Part shown: positions 13,438-28,000 of the stretch, one piece after another
How the letters are laid out: the number at the start of each line of letters is the position of its first letter
How positions within the stretch are numbered: the first letter of the stretch is position 1
Origin: Sphagnum compactum
Lineage: Eukaryota
DNA length: 64,000 nt
NCBI GenBank assembly: GCA_965153455.1
Contig: OZ234493.1
Location: 11,832,213-11,896,212, forward strand
Direction of reading: 5' to 3'
The notes under the pieces: model-generated
Databases searched by the model: none
What the model saw: only the letters and a program-made list of their open reading frames with translations
Told to the model about the DNA's origin: nothing
Position numbers and translations under genes: made by a program

Positions 13438-16420
13438 GGAAGAAAAGTGAGTTAGTAGTGTGTTTTGGGGAGTTACTCATTGATTTTGTGCCAACGGTTG
13501 GAGGATTATCACTAGCCGATGCTCCTGCATTCAAAAAAGCACCTGGAGGTGCCCCTGCAAATGTTGCTGTTGGTGTTGCAAGACTTGGGGGCAATGCAGC
13601 TTTTGTTGGCAAGGTAGTCTATGACCTCTTCTAATCCATATTTATAATGTGTTCTTCTATTTTGAAACATAAAGGAATATTGATCACATGAAGCACTTGT
13701 TTTAACATATCATGAGAGGGAGTAAGCATGGATGACATCAAAAGCTATGCAACATTGCACAACTTGAGATTACCCATGCCTTAGTTCCCATGGACACGCC
13801 TTCTTAATGATTATGTAGAAACATATTAATTTCACATGGTTTAGTGTTTTTGAGAAATAACTTTATACTAATAGAGGCTTTGAAAAAACCCCTTTAAGAT
13901 TTAAATTCACATTGGTGGGTCTTGCATATAGCCTTGAATTTGTGGTGGTAGATTTGAGGTCACTTTGTAATTGAACATGGGTGAAAATCGTAATACATAT
14001 TCATTATATTCTACCTGATTATAATGGGGGTTGGATGAAATGAGGAACCCATTTTTTAAAAGTTTAGAAAAAAAGGCATATCCTTGAGCTATTTGGCAAA
14101 GAACCTTAAGTTACCCAATTTAGTGGCTAGATGGTGGCAACTTTGAAAGGGAACACATGTCAAGAGACTCCGATAGTTGCAATGTGTTGATAGAAGTTAA
14201 CTTCGTCTCCTTTTCCTTGTTTTTGAAGGGATTAATAAATGATGAAATAATGAGTATGTCATGTGGGTTACACTCCTCACCATTTATATTTTAAAAAATT
14301 ATACATTGTAGGAAATATGTCATTTGATGAGGGTGTTATGGTTGCATAGGTTGGTGATGATGAATTTGGGTATATGTTGGTGGACGTTCTCAAGGAGAAT
14401 CGAGTGGAAACTCGTGGATGTCGATTTGATGCTAATGCTAGGACTGCATTAGCATTTGTGACATTGCGAAGTGATGGGGAGCGTGAGTTCATGTTCTATC
14501 GAAACCCAAGTGCAGACATGTTATTTGAGCCCAGGGAGCTCGATGTAGACCTCATACAACGTGTAGTATTTTTATCCTTATTTTTTAGTTCATGTAGTTG
14601 TACTTTTGATATCAAATGGTGATATGTGTTTCAAGATTATTATTTTTTTTTCATGTAGAGAAATAGGTAAATTCATTCCATGTAAATGGTTAAGGATGAC
14701 ATGATAAGATGTCTAGAAAATAGTTTTGGGTATGGTCATTAATATCCTAGGATTATGCAAGTTGGTTTCCTACATAACTTTTACATTACACATGAGTGTA
14801 TCCATTTTTTGATTTGCTCACTTTGCACAAGTACATATTGGTGTTTGGGGAATGCAACTAAAGTATTAAGTGCATTAAAATGTTTGACAGGCTAACATCC
14901 TACACTATGGTTCAATTAGCTTGATTGTCGAGCCTTCTCGATCAACACATATGGAAGCCATGGCAATTGCTAAAGAAGCAGGTTGTTTGTTATCCTATGA
15001 CCCTAATCTTCGGTTACCTTTGTGGCCATCACCCGAGGCAGCAAAAGAGGGTATCAAAAGCATTTGGGATCATGCTGACATTATCAAGGTTTGGCATCAA
15101 TGATCTATTGAATCATGCTTAGGTACTCACACATTGGTAGATATATTAGTTTGCATATGCCAATTTTTGTTCTTTTTCCAAGCACACTTCAACATCCTTT
15201 TTGAGATAGATGGAATATACATAACTATAAAGTTCATGTTCTAAAATTATTATTTTTTGCCTTGGGTAATTTTAATTTTTTACCACAATTTTTTTTCAAT
15301 TTTCATGACAAGGCAAAATAAATTTTTAATGCCCTTCACAAATTCAGTTTTTCTTTTGATCATTGTGAAAATATTTTATATGATGTTTAAAAAATTATCA
15401 TGATAATGTGGTTTGTGGGTTATGAAGGTGAGTGATGAGGAAGTGACATTTCTCACAGGTGGGGACGCCTCTGATGACAAAAATAATCTAAAAATGTTTC
15501 ACCCAAAATGTAGGCTAATGTTGGTCACTGAAGGTTCAGAAGGATGTCGCTACTATACTTCGGTATAATCCAATTTTAGCATTTTATGTTTTCTCTTGTT
15601 CTATGTGCATGAATCCATTAACCATGTGTTGGGATTGATAACCATGTTAATGTAAGGGATGTGGGTTCAGACCTTTTAAGGGCATACTAAATGTAACCAA
15701 TTTGTTTCCCATCCCTATTATAAATGAAAGTAATTATTTGGTCAATTTGTGGGAATGACAACACCTAAAGGTTTTAGGGACTACATGTCCTTCAACTCCC
15801 CAAGTACATGAAGAATTATAATATGCCACCTTACATTACTACCATGGTGCTTCCTCATGGCTTGGTTTGATTCAATAGGGGTCACCAAGTTTGAGCAAAT
15901 TTTTGTAAAATTATTTTGGGTGGCATGTGTAGCAATTTCAAGGCAAAGTGGGTGGTCTCAAAGTGCAAGTAGTGGACACAACAGGTGCAGGTGATGCATT
16001 TTGTGCTGGCCTTTTGAGCCAAATTGTGAAGGACCTATCAATAATGGATGTATGAACAAAATCCTAATGTCCTTTTCATCACAAAGTTGTTTTAGGGGCC
16101 ATTTTACTATCCCCATTTTCAAGTTTTTCAAATGTGTTGAAAATTTTGTGATTTGGCTTTTAAATGGCAAGTCGATAAATTGACATTTGAAAATTATTGG
16201 TAACCAAAGCAATTGTCTTGATTATATACAACATATTTTATAGGATGAAGGTCGATTGCGAACAGCCTTAAGGTTTGCTAACGCATGTGGGGCTATCACA
16301 ACAACAGAAAGAGGGGCAATTCCAGCACTTCCTGATCGAGACACTGTGATGAGGCTCATGAGTAAACTCCAAACTCATGTTTGTGGGTGGTTGCTTAAAA
16401 TTTATGTGACTCCAAAATAA
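13438..16420 (+). CDS. FRK: Fructokinase (pfkB carbohydrate kinase); first coding exon not located
   Basis: Phase-consistent GT-AG exons 13438-13613, 14350-14562, 14891-15088, 15428-15562, 15933-16049, 16244-16420 (TAA). Motifs [64 protein letters not shown]. Confidence 0.93.
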
Positions 16421-19199
16421 AACCTTAATTGGGGTGGGACAAATATCCTATATAAATTCCAAAATAAAAAACCAAATAGGTTGAAAATAAGGGTGATTGC
16501 CACCATAACAACATTGCAAAGATGAATGGAACCCACCTCCAATCAAAGGAAGTAGTAATGCATGATGTAAATAAGGGTGTTCTTATAACAACATTTTGTT
16601 AATTTCAAACTTGTGTTCTTTCTTTCCTTTGTTTAAAGTCACAATCTAAAAAAAGTTTTATACAATGTGTGTTTGATTTTCTTATTGTTAATTGGGTGGA
16701 GTTGATTGTGATGGAGGAACAAAATAACAACTAAGTGGTTAGAAACCACGGTCCTGGGTTTAAACCTGAATATATCCATTAGTACATTTTACTGAATATA
16801 ATCAAACAATTTATATTATAGTCTTGGGTTTTAAGGGCTTTTGAGTTGTCCTTAATTGACATGGCAACATCATTTTTAAAACATTTGTAGCATATTTTGA
16901 TTGTACTAATTCTAAGTTCAAGTCCACCAGGGTAAACATTATTTAAAGGCATAAATTTTTTATGTGCAAACATTGCATTATTTTAAATGGCCCGAAGATG
17001 ACCTACTTTTAATGCTCAAATTAACATTGATATTGATTATATCCCTTTTTTTGTTGGCTTATTATCTATGCTTAACAATTTCTATGGTATTTATCCAGGT
17101 AAACCAAGCACAACACTTGCCACAAATGTAGACCCATCTTGGGAAGGCTACACTAAATGGCGTGATCGCCAATCCATTGGTCCTACAGCATGAGTTGATG
17201 TACCTATTTTTAAAAGGATGGAATGCAAGGTCGAAAACATGTTGTGGACAACGTTAGAGTACCATGGCAATTGTAAACAAAAAACACATATATTGCAATC
17301 AAGCTGAGAGGGGCAAACAAAATCAATGCAAGACCATATGTAGAACATATTCAATAAATTTAATGAAGTTTGAACATGGTTACACCAACAAGTTGTTTCA
17401 TGTCAATTGCAACATTGTACCTTGAAAGGGTTTTCCCATAAGTTAGTTAGTTGTAATATTATTTCAAGAATAATTGGTTGTAAAGACTTTGAATTTCAAT
17501 ACAACTTCAATGATGTTTTGTTTATACAACAACTAATTATATCATTTGTTGATCTAAAGGCAAAGCTCAAGTGCTTGAGAAGTAAAAATGTGCCATTTTT
17601 TTATGAACATGTTTATCGCAAACTAGCAAGGTTGTAAATTGGTCACAATGCATGCATATTCTCCTATACAAAGGTTGGATGATTATGGCGATTATCTACA
17701 AATCTCTCAATTTTGAGCATCTAAATTTGCTTGTAGTTATCATATGTTGTTTGCTTGAGTTCTTGAGCTCCTAGTACCACTAGGAGATCCACAAAAACCT
17801 TGCCACTAGGTTTTTAGTGATGCTTCATAAGGTGTGCATTATGTGGGTACTACAACATAATGCAAATACGAAATACACGTGTTGTAGTTCAACTACAAAT
17901 TTGAATGGGAATTGTTGTCAATGACAATCAATGTGTAAAGATGAATTAAAATTGGCATGATGTAAGTTGCAAACTAGATGTAGTTCCATATATGTTGCTT
18001 TCTTTTTTTATTTGGTGACAAGTTGACAATCTAATCAAAGCATTTGCCTAAGTTGTGAACCATCATTTTGCACATCCCATGGGGTTTTCCAATTTGTGGA
18101 AATTCATCAAAGTCTCTAGATTCTTACATACATGTATTTAATTATATGGATTATCCCATTGGTAAGTATGGGTTTTGGATGAACTCTATTTTTTCCATCT
18201 TTGTTTACATATGATTTTTTCATGACAAAGTAAGTGACAAAGTTCATCACAAGGTAGAAAAGCTATATCCATCCAACAATTGTGTTTTTGTTATAAATAA
18301 AGGTGTTTCTAGTTATTTTATGAATAGACTTTTATGGATTAAAAAAGGTCACTAAGGATTTGTAGAAGAAAAAAAAGGCAATCTTTGAGATTTGTATTAA
18401 TGAATGAAAAGTTATTTAAGAATAAAATCTAGTAATTTTTTTGGAAGTTGTATTTTCAAAATAAAATTTATTTTGTATTGAATTTATTTGTCATCCTATA
18501 TCTTTTTGTGTTCTTACTTTTTTCCTTTTGTTTGTGTTCTTTTTAAATTTTATGGATCACCAAATTTCATAATATTAAATTTTTTGTATTCCATTTATAT
18601 ATAAAATGCAATACTGTATAGTTGATTGAGATTGAAATTTATGTTGATATAATTATTCCCAATTTGTTTTTAAAAACATTTATGATGTAATACATATATT
18701 CAAATGTGATAACATTGAATCAACAAATATCAACAAAGTATTGAATATAATAATACCAAATATGATGTCATGAAAATTCAATATGAATGCGTAACAAAAC
18801 ATGTTATGTGCCTATGCTAACATTTGACAAATTGACACCTTGTGGATTCTAACTTGAATGATACATTTTATTTTATTTTATTTTGTGTAGGATTCTACTA
18901 AATGTTATCATTCTAGATATGGCACATGCCCATGGAGATGACAATTTTTTTCTACAATTGATTTTGATGATGTTATGACAACTAGGGTTAAAGTTTCAAG
19001 ACTGCACTATGATTGTATTTTTGGCACCTATCACACCCATTTAAAACAAAAAAAAATCATCAATATTATAAGCAATATGGATTTTTTTTTGGTCAACTAA
19101 AAGAGGATTAAAAGTTTCACCTCCATCACAATAGGTTGTTTTTCCCCATGGCCCTTCTTTGTTGCTAGCAATAATAATGAAATAAATTGTGAAACCACT

Positions 19200-19760
19200 G
19201 AAATATTGTGATTGCAACTATAATTTGGGTGTATGATTGAATTTTGAGATGAGCAACAAAATATCCTTTCCATGATGAATGGAAGCTAAAGGCGAAGTTA
19301 AAGGCTTCCAAGTTGAAATTAAACCAATCAAGGGGTTGAGACTTGGAGTGAGTGCAAGAGAATGCAAACACACTCCCACACGAAGTCAAAGTGTGTGGGA
19401 GTAAAAGGGAGGCACTCTTAGACTCCTAAGTTGAATTCTTCTTTTGAAAGGTTAGCTTTTGCAAAATCATGAATGTTCAAAAAACAATTTCCGAGATATC
19501 TTGTATAGTGGGACAAACACACTCAAAGTGCAATTTGGAAGGGTAAATCATGTCAAATTGGAAGTTTGATATATATTTAGAAAAATCTTTGCATGGGTTA
19601 TAAAAATTGGGGTCACATATTGTCCCATGTGTTTACATTTTGAAAAAGTTATGGTCATTTAAAGTTTTGGGGTACCATTTGTTTCAAAACTGGAAGTGTT
19701 TCATGGACTAGGAGCCTTGAAAATTTTGCCAAATTTCAATGTAATTACTAAGAGCAATGG
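19200..19760. mobile_element. Highly decayed LTR-like repeat remnant
   Basis: Patchy resemblance to motifs of the 2524-3440 LTR (cacactccca, gtcaaattg, aagttatggtc); no intact ends seen. Confidence 0.3.
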
Positions 19761-22700
19761 CAACATAACTTTTTCATACAAATGAATATTTGAATGAAAT
19801 GCTTTGCAACTTGCTATAAAAATGCTTAAAGTTGCCCCATACATCACATGTCTTTTGTTAAACATTTTTTTAATAATATGAATTAAAAAAAAAGTGTAGA
19901 CTCATTGCACGTTCTACGTTTTGTTTTGAAAAATGATCACAATTTCAAATCATGTACCAAAAGAATGTTCTCTATTTTATTTTCACTTTCTAATATTATA
20001 AGCTATAACTTTTTTTTGTTATATATCATGTGCATTATACCCCATTTACTTTTGATAAAAGACTCTTGAATTTTTTATTTAAAAAAAGATATTAAGTTAA
20101 TATATTTTCATCATTTAGAATCTTTCACCATCAAAAGGATTATATGAATCCTTTTGAAAGTCCTTTCCAAAATTGATCTTTTTTGACACAATAGTTGTTC
20201 ACTTTCAAATTTTTTTGATTAAAACCAAGATCTAAAATTGTATAAAATGGATTTTAAACTTGCAGTTTCTAACATTCATATTAGTAAAAAAAAAAAGGCT
20301 TGCCATGATTACCATGTTTTCAAATGACAAAATTCATGTATATAAATCATTGGTTTTCAATGCTTATTTGACATTTAACATTAATGTATAGGAGGAGTTT
20401 CATCAATGAAGTAACTTGTGAATCTCCAACACATCTACCAAATTCAAGTTCAAAGAAGAAAGTTGGATTAAAATGAAGCTAGTGGTAATTGAATTTGAAA
20501 GCAAAACTTGTCAAAACCAATTGGAAATGAACAAATGCATCCAAATAAAATTTGACAACTCAACATCTTTTAGTTTTTTGGGTTCAATAATGTATTGGGA
20601 CATAATATGGATGAATAATGTAAGGTGTTTGGGTAAAAGCACACTCAAAGGAACCAAAAAAGACATATATGGTCACATTGATATTATAAATTATTATATG
20701 TTGATTTATGTTTTGCCATTCCAAAACCATGGTAATCATGGAAAATTGTGTTAAATGACTCAAATGAATGTTAGTGCATTCAAATTAAAAATCTATCCAA
20801 TCCAACTTTAGGTTTTAGTTTTAGTTAAGTACTTTTGAAAATGAAATGAACAACATGTGTGTTAGTCTTTGAATAAAGACAATTTTGTAAAATATTTTTT
20901 TATTTCTTGTTTCATAAAAAAGTTGATCATATAAAATTTTAGATGATAAGAATATATTGGCCACACTAAAAAAAAATCACAATTAAAAAAATATGAAATA
21001 TGAAATTTGAAAAATTCAAAATATGTTTCAAAATATTCGAATTTCAAGAGTCTTTTACCACATGTAAATGAAGTATAATAGACATGATTTATAAAGCAAA
21101 GTTGTAGTTCATTAGAAAAAAATGAGCCTTCAAATACTAAACATATTTTGGTATGATTTGAAATCATGATCATTTTAAAAATGAAATGTCAAATTTAGTA
21201 GAATTTGCATACTTTTTAAGAATTCATGTTTATTCAAAAATAATTAACACACATGTGATATAATAGGGAAATTATAAAAACATTTAACAAAAAATTGCAA
21301 AAAAATTCATTTGAACAATTGTTTTATTAAAAAAACATTGGACCAAAAACACATATCAATCCTTGAATAAAGTAGTCCCATTGGTTCCTTTGAGTGCATT
21401 TGAACTCTTTTGTTTTCACTAAAATAATACTTGTCTCGTAAAGGTTTATCTAGTATCTCTTTTTGTAACACAATAGAAAGGTAGGTTCTCCTTCCAATTT
21501 TTATTCAATGAAAAACCTCATAATATGTAGCTATTTATAATCAACCCTTGTATCATGGTTGATAACTAGCTAGTTTTTGTATTTGACCAACATAAGTCAA
21601 GACATTAAAGTGTACCAAACATGAGTAACTTTAAAATGGTACCTTATTAAGGTTCAAACATACTTTGTTCATGTTGGTGGGTAGAATGTTTATTTAATTG
21701 AGTGAAAGTTTTTTACTACTAGTGCATTGATAATGTGTGCGTTTTTGGCAACATCGGTTGTTGCAATGGATGATGAACGAGGAGGCGAGAATTTTAAGTT
21801 CTTGAAAGCATTTGGTTTTGTGCAATGTCAATCATGGGGGTACTTTAGAATGAGTTCTTTTGGGATGGTTTTTTTGGGAGGAACAATAAAAAGATGGTAA
21901 GAGATTGACAAAATAGTAAACCTAGAAATATGCAATGTTGGGGGTGGCATACTTCATAAATATGTGATATTTTTAATTTTCTAATGAAATAGAAGAGGGT
22001 AAATGAAAGACAAGCAACATGAGAAAAAACTACTATATTCATGAAGGTCTTTGAAATTTTGAATGGAAGAATAGAAGACGTATGAAATGTATGTTTTTGT
22101 GACTGATCCATGAACTGTCTCCTAGAAACCATAAATATATATTTAGCAACATATCGAATGCAAAGATTTTAACATTAAAAAAAAAACATGACTTCATTAT
22201 ATATTGGGTGTATGAAAGGAGTTTGTATGAACACATGCCTAGTTTTGAATTTTCGAGGCAAAAAGTTCATTAGATAGTGTGTGTTAGGTCAAGTGAAGGT
22301 GGATAATGAATGCAAAAGTTGTTTGATTGCTTAGTTTATGTTTTTGCACATCATAAATTAAATTTTATATGGGGCAATCTTCTATTCTATATCAATGTGC
22401 ATTTGCTTGTTACGTCCATTGAGGGGAAATGTTTGAGTGATATCATTTATACACAAGTGGTTTCTCTAATGACTAATGTGGATGGGGTTAGGGTATTAGA
22501 AATTTTTATCATTCTTTCATTGTGCAATTGAATTGTTTACCTTATCTCCTATGCAAGTAACTCGTGGTGACAATTTGGGTGTGTTGATTTTTAAGGAATT
22601 AGACAAGGAATTTGTAGTAGTTAATTGGTTATGAAAGTGTTAATGCAATTTTGGTGGGTGGCATACTTCATAAATATGTGATTGTGCAACATTGATGAAT

Positions 22701-24920
22701 TAATCTTTAAGGGGAGAAGTTGAGAATGGTCCAAACCACTTTTTATTGAATGCATAATTACATGTTTCATTGACCACAATAGACATTTGGGCTATGCATG
22801 TTTAGAGGGAAGGCGATAAAGTTGCTAACATAGATGAACCACATAATCGGGTGAAGAGTAAATCACTTGTAGACTTACATTGGGTCATACAAGCTTTGAC
22901 TCTCAAGGAGGAATTGCAAAAAGTTGGTGATGTGACAATAAAATCTCACATTGGCATTTATTTTGTGTGAAATGAATGGGTTTTTTCGGCAATATTAAAC
23001 ATCTCCAACAAAAGATGTTTACATATCACAAAAGAATAATGTTCAATATATAAGAGTTAATTTAAAGTTTGGTATTATAAATGGATGTTCATTTCATTTA
23101 GAAAGCCTAATTTACACAAATTGATGCAAGAAATAAAAGCATAGATTGACCCAATCATCTACCATTGAATTGAGAATATGAAACATAATATACAAACCAA
23201 GAAACCACAGTCTAAACTAGCCCACACCATGAAAATTTAACATAACCACACAACACAATCTCTTAGCTTTGATCCGCTTAGATTAGAGGGGAGTTGCACA
23301 CTAGGCACATGTCTTCACATATACATGTGCCCAATGCTTCATATTTGCATCATATGAACTAACTTTTGGAAGAATCAAAGGCTAATGTCAAACATGACGA
23401 GTAAAAAGCATGTTCATTCGTAAGATATTGCCTCAAAAGTTTAAACTCAACATGTGACGTGAATCATTGGACATGTTCAATAGAAGGTTCTTTATGTATT
23501 CCAATGTCAAACATTCCTTGGAACAATTATCACCATACATATCTTGGCAAATTGTTTGAAGTCTTACTTTGTATTTTTTCTATGGTTTATAAGAATTCTT
23601 TATTCAAAAACCATAGCAAACAACCACAAGTACATTCATTGTTGCAAAAAGGGCATTTGACTTGATTTATGCCACATTAAAAAACATGATCTTCACCTAA
23701 TACTTAATAAGAAGGACATAAGTGCTAGAGATCCTAAAGAAAATACTTAAGCTCTTATGAAATACACATTCATCATCACCTTCCTTGGGCTACAACAAGA
23801 AAACCCTAAATAAAAACGACAAATGAAACATTCAAGAAATACAAAACCAAAACAAGCTCAAATCCTTATAGCAAATGAAGGCAAGAAATAACATTTGAAG
23901 CACAAGAATCCACACTAAATAAAACAACCTTGTTCTAGTATTGTTCATCATTAATAGTGATGAACACTCTACAAAATATGGCACTCCAAAAGGAATGAAA
24001 TTGTCTTGAGGGTTGAAAGAGATTTGGGGATATACCCAACTAAGAATAATATTGAGTTCAACATTTCATGGTGGTGAATAATAATAATATTATTATTCTG
24101 AAGATTTCATGCTGAAAACTAAAATATTTCAAAAAAAAATAAAAAATTCTGTTTTCATTGGGAATTTTTTTTTTTGGGTTTCTAAATTTCTTTTGTGGTG
24201 ATAAGTTCAACATTTCTGAAAATAATACAAAAATGTTTGGGAATTTTTCACCCCAAAAACATTTCAGAAATTAATTAATTTTTATAAATTTGAAATTATT
24301 ATTATTATTATTGCATGATCTATGATAATACAAGGAGGGAAATTATTCAAATTGTTGTAGCCTACTATAATTTATGATGATTTTCAACATCTCATCTTCA
24401 TATTTTTCACAAAAAATCATTTAATTATTTTTAAAACGATTTAATGATGAAATACACCCTAGGCTAAAAGTATATCAATCACAGAGTGAAATAAATAAAT
24501 AAATAAATAAAATTTATAAAAAAAAAAAAAAAAAAAACCCTCGAGACTTGACCACTCAAAGCCCTAAAAAGCCAAAAAAGAAAAGAAAAGAAAAAAGCAA
24601 AGCTCTTTTTTTGGTGGTTGCGGTGGGTAGGGTTTCGTCGGTGTTTGTTTCTCGTTTCTGTGCACACTTTGTTTGCTCGCTCGCTCGCTCGCTTGGGAGG
24701 GAGGGAGCTCGCGCTCTCCAAGGATGTGCGATTTTCTCCATCCCCAGTCGCTGTTGTCAATAATGGGTTCTCCTCAATTTCTCAATTTCGACTTCTTGTT
24801 GTTGATGGGTTTTCGTCACTGACTCGCTGTTGTATTGTTCCTGTCCTCTGTGTATGTGTGCATCTGTGTCTTGTATCTGTATGTTTGTTGCGTGTGTCTG
24901 TGAGTTGGAGGAGAGTGAAT

Positions 24921-24923
24921 GCG

Positions 24924-24960
<37 letters not shown>

Positions 24961-24965
24961 CAGAG
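24921..24965 (+). repeat. (GA)n/(GAGACA)n microsatellite in the URT1 leader
   Basis: gagagagagagagagagacagagacagagacagagacagag. Confidence 0.8.
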
Positions 24966-25083
24966 GATTTTTTCTGTGTGAGTCTTTAGGATTTGGTTTT
25001 GTTTGGTAGGGATTGTTTTGATGTTGTAGTCGTCTGTCGGAAGCAAGGAGAGAACAGAAGAGGATGAGGATGAGGATGCTGGA

Positions 25084-28000
25084 ATGCAGGAAAGGGTGAT
25101 TGGAAGACAGATGCAAGACGATGTGGATGTGAGGTGGTTTGGTGAAGAGGGAAGAGGAGGGAGCAGAGTAGTAGGCTGGAAGTTGCTACCACCATCATCA
25201 TCGTTGCCAGATGAATGCCAGTCGCTGCTACCCATGAACCCTTCTTCCCCTTTTCCCTCCGCAAACCCTAGCCCAGGGGTGATAGGGGAGCCGTCGAACC
25301 GTCATCATGGCTCTGAAAGTAAGGGCCAGTTTTTGTTACAGCTATTGCAAAGAGGAGGAGGAGGAGGAGGAGGAGGAGGAAGAGAAAGCATTTCCAATGG
25401 TGAGAGAACTGCTGCTGGTGCTGGTGAGAAAGAAAGATTGCCCCCTCAAGACTACCCACATGTGATTGGAAGTGATGATTTATCAAGATGGCAGCTGCAG
25501 GATCCTGCTGTGGCTGCCTTGGGTTGTAGCCAAATTTTCCAGCAAGCTGCACCTTCTGCAGCAGCAGCAGGTGATGCCTCCTCCCAGCTTTCAGAACCAA
25601 ACCAACTGTTCATGTCTTCTCAGTGTGGAGGAGGAGGAGGAGGAGGATGGGCTCCACAGCAGCAGCAGCAACATCAGCATCATTTCTTCCCTCCATCTTT
25701 TGATCCACGTGGGTATCCAAGCCAGCACCCACAATTGTTGCATCAGCACCAGCAGCAGCTGTCTCCACCCATGTTCCCTCGATATCCTCTGCCCTTACAA
25801 GCAGTAGAGGGACATCAAAGGATGATGGAGAGCCGGATGTTGGATCCTCCGAGACAATTGGATTCTCCATGGCTACCACCGCCACAGCTAAGGCAGAGTG
25901 CTACTGATAGCATGATGAACCTGAGAGCATGGGGGAGTCTTATACCAACAAATGCTCCAAAGACTCCACTTCCACCGCCACCCCCACAACCACCAGAACC
26001 TGTGCCCCCTCCTCAACAATTCTATGGAAATGGTGCTGAGTTGTTGCAGCTTCTTCTTGGCCAAGCACCACAGAATCCAGCAGCTCAAATTTCTCCTACA
26101 AAGAGTGCAAGCATTGTTGATACAGGCCATGGCACTGAGCTTATGCTGAATGCTTCAACTGTGGTATTGCCAGGAGGAATGCAGAATCAGAAGCCTGCTG
26201 GCACAATTGTTCATGGTCCAATTGGCCCTCCTCCAAAGCGAACTGAGTCCTTACACTCCACAAGAACACCTCCAAGTCCCAAAGACCTCCTTGGAAGGTT
26301 TTGGGCGGTGCCGCCAAATGCTGGCTCACCACCAGACAATTCTCTTCCCACCTCAAAATTGAACCTTGCACCAAATTGGGAAGATCCTGTCAGAAATTCA
26401 ATCCATGCAGGAACTTCAAGTAAAGAGAGTATGAATCATGCCTTTGAGGTTTTGCAACCTCTGCAGCAGCAGCAACAACATCCACAGAGAAACTTTGAAT
26501 TTTCTGGTGACAAAATGAGATCTGGAAAGTCAAATCTCATGGGGCTTTTGGGTGAATCAGCCATTGAATTTCCTTCAGAGTTTGATTTTGTTAGCCCTGG
26601 AGCCAAAGGCTTCCAGGAAAGTTTAAAATCTCATGAAGTGGGGAGAGAGGGAGTGCACCCAGGTGGTGGGTTTCCAGATGGGTCAACCCCAATCGGATCA
26701 GGGCTCAAGATCCAAACTTCCAGACCTTCAGATGACAGAGGTATATTTCTTAGATGAAATTCCCAGTACAATGCATCACTGGTAGGTGATTCATTCTTTT
26801 GACTCTTTTTCTTTCTACAAGCCTTGGTATCCATCCCTGACTTTTAGCTGGAGTTTGCAAGTTTTACTGAGATCTTTCACTTGGTCTTGCATTGATGCTG
26901 GATCTTATGCACTGGGATGTTGTCAGTACTGCTAACTATGTTCCTCTTCCATGCAATGTAATTGTAGATTCTCTGATGGGTGTGTTCTTGTCTGCATTCC
27001 AGGGCACTATCAACGGCACCAACTTAGCAACATACTTGCTACAGGAAGAGTAGGAGAAGAGGATCTTAATCAGAGTGGATCAGTTAGCCCAGTTTCTACA
27101 GGAGAAACAAGTGCTGTTGTTGGTGCTGGTGAATCTTTGAGGTTCCCAGCCATGGAGAGTGAAAAGGGTGCTTGTCTTCTGAGAAATGGAGGAAGAGTTG
27201 CCGGTAGATGTAATGGCTCTGGGAGAGGAGAGATTGGTCGAAAGGCTGGACAGATCCCTGGTGGCCAATGGGTTGCAGTGAATGAGAATCAGCAGGAGAG
27301 GGATGGCGAGACAGTTGGTGGGATGACTGGGTGTCATATAGAGTCCATGGAGTTTACAGCTCTAGTAGGGAGAGCAGACTTGTTGATTTTGAGTCGTCAA
27401 GTTGTGGCTAACTCTTTGGCAAATAAACCATCACAGAATTCACCACCACCTGGAAAAGAGGATTCTTCAACTGCAACAAGGGAGCTTGTTGCTGGGGGAA
27501 AGCTTAGAGAGGATTTGAAGCGGCGCAGAGGGATACAAGAATGGCGAATGAAACAGCCATCATCACAGCAGAGCTCTCCCTCTCCAACCAAGCAATTCAG
27601 CTCCCCAGAATCCATTGCCTCAGCCACTAAGCCATGTGAATCTGAGGATGAAGTCCAGTCAGCTGGAGTTCTCCCACTCGCATTGCAGGTAAAAATTCCT
27701 CACCCTGTCTCGTGCTTATTACACAATGTCAAATCACACTGTTGCACAATTGTGTGTGAGCCATTATTATTGCCGCAAGCTCACACTCTGCAAACAGTCC
27801 TCAACATTCACAATATTCTTCTCTTCAAAACATGCTCCAAACATGTTCTAGCCGACCAAAGAGGCTCATTTGTGATAAAGGTGACGGTCTGACACTTTGT
27901 GAGCAACTCTCCTAGGGTTATGACTGCACTCCTTGTTGTGTTACCATCAAGTTTCTGTTGTGGAGATTCCTCTGTGATTTCATAGATATGGGTGATCTGT

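Noticed and set aside
16950-23700. Possible genes in AT-rich stretches (also 5000-9500 and 40300-45400)
   Set aside because: Only short ORFs without motifs; probably very old transposon debris that I cannot assign to a family.
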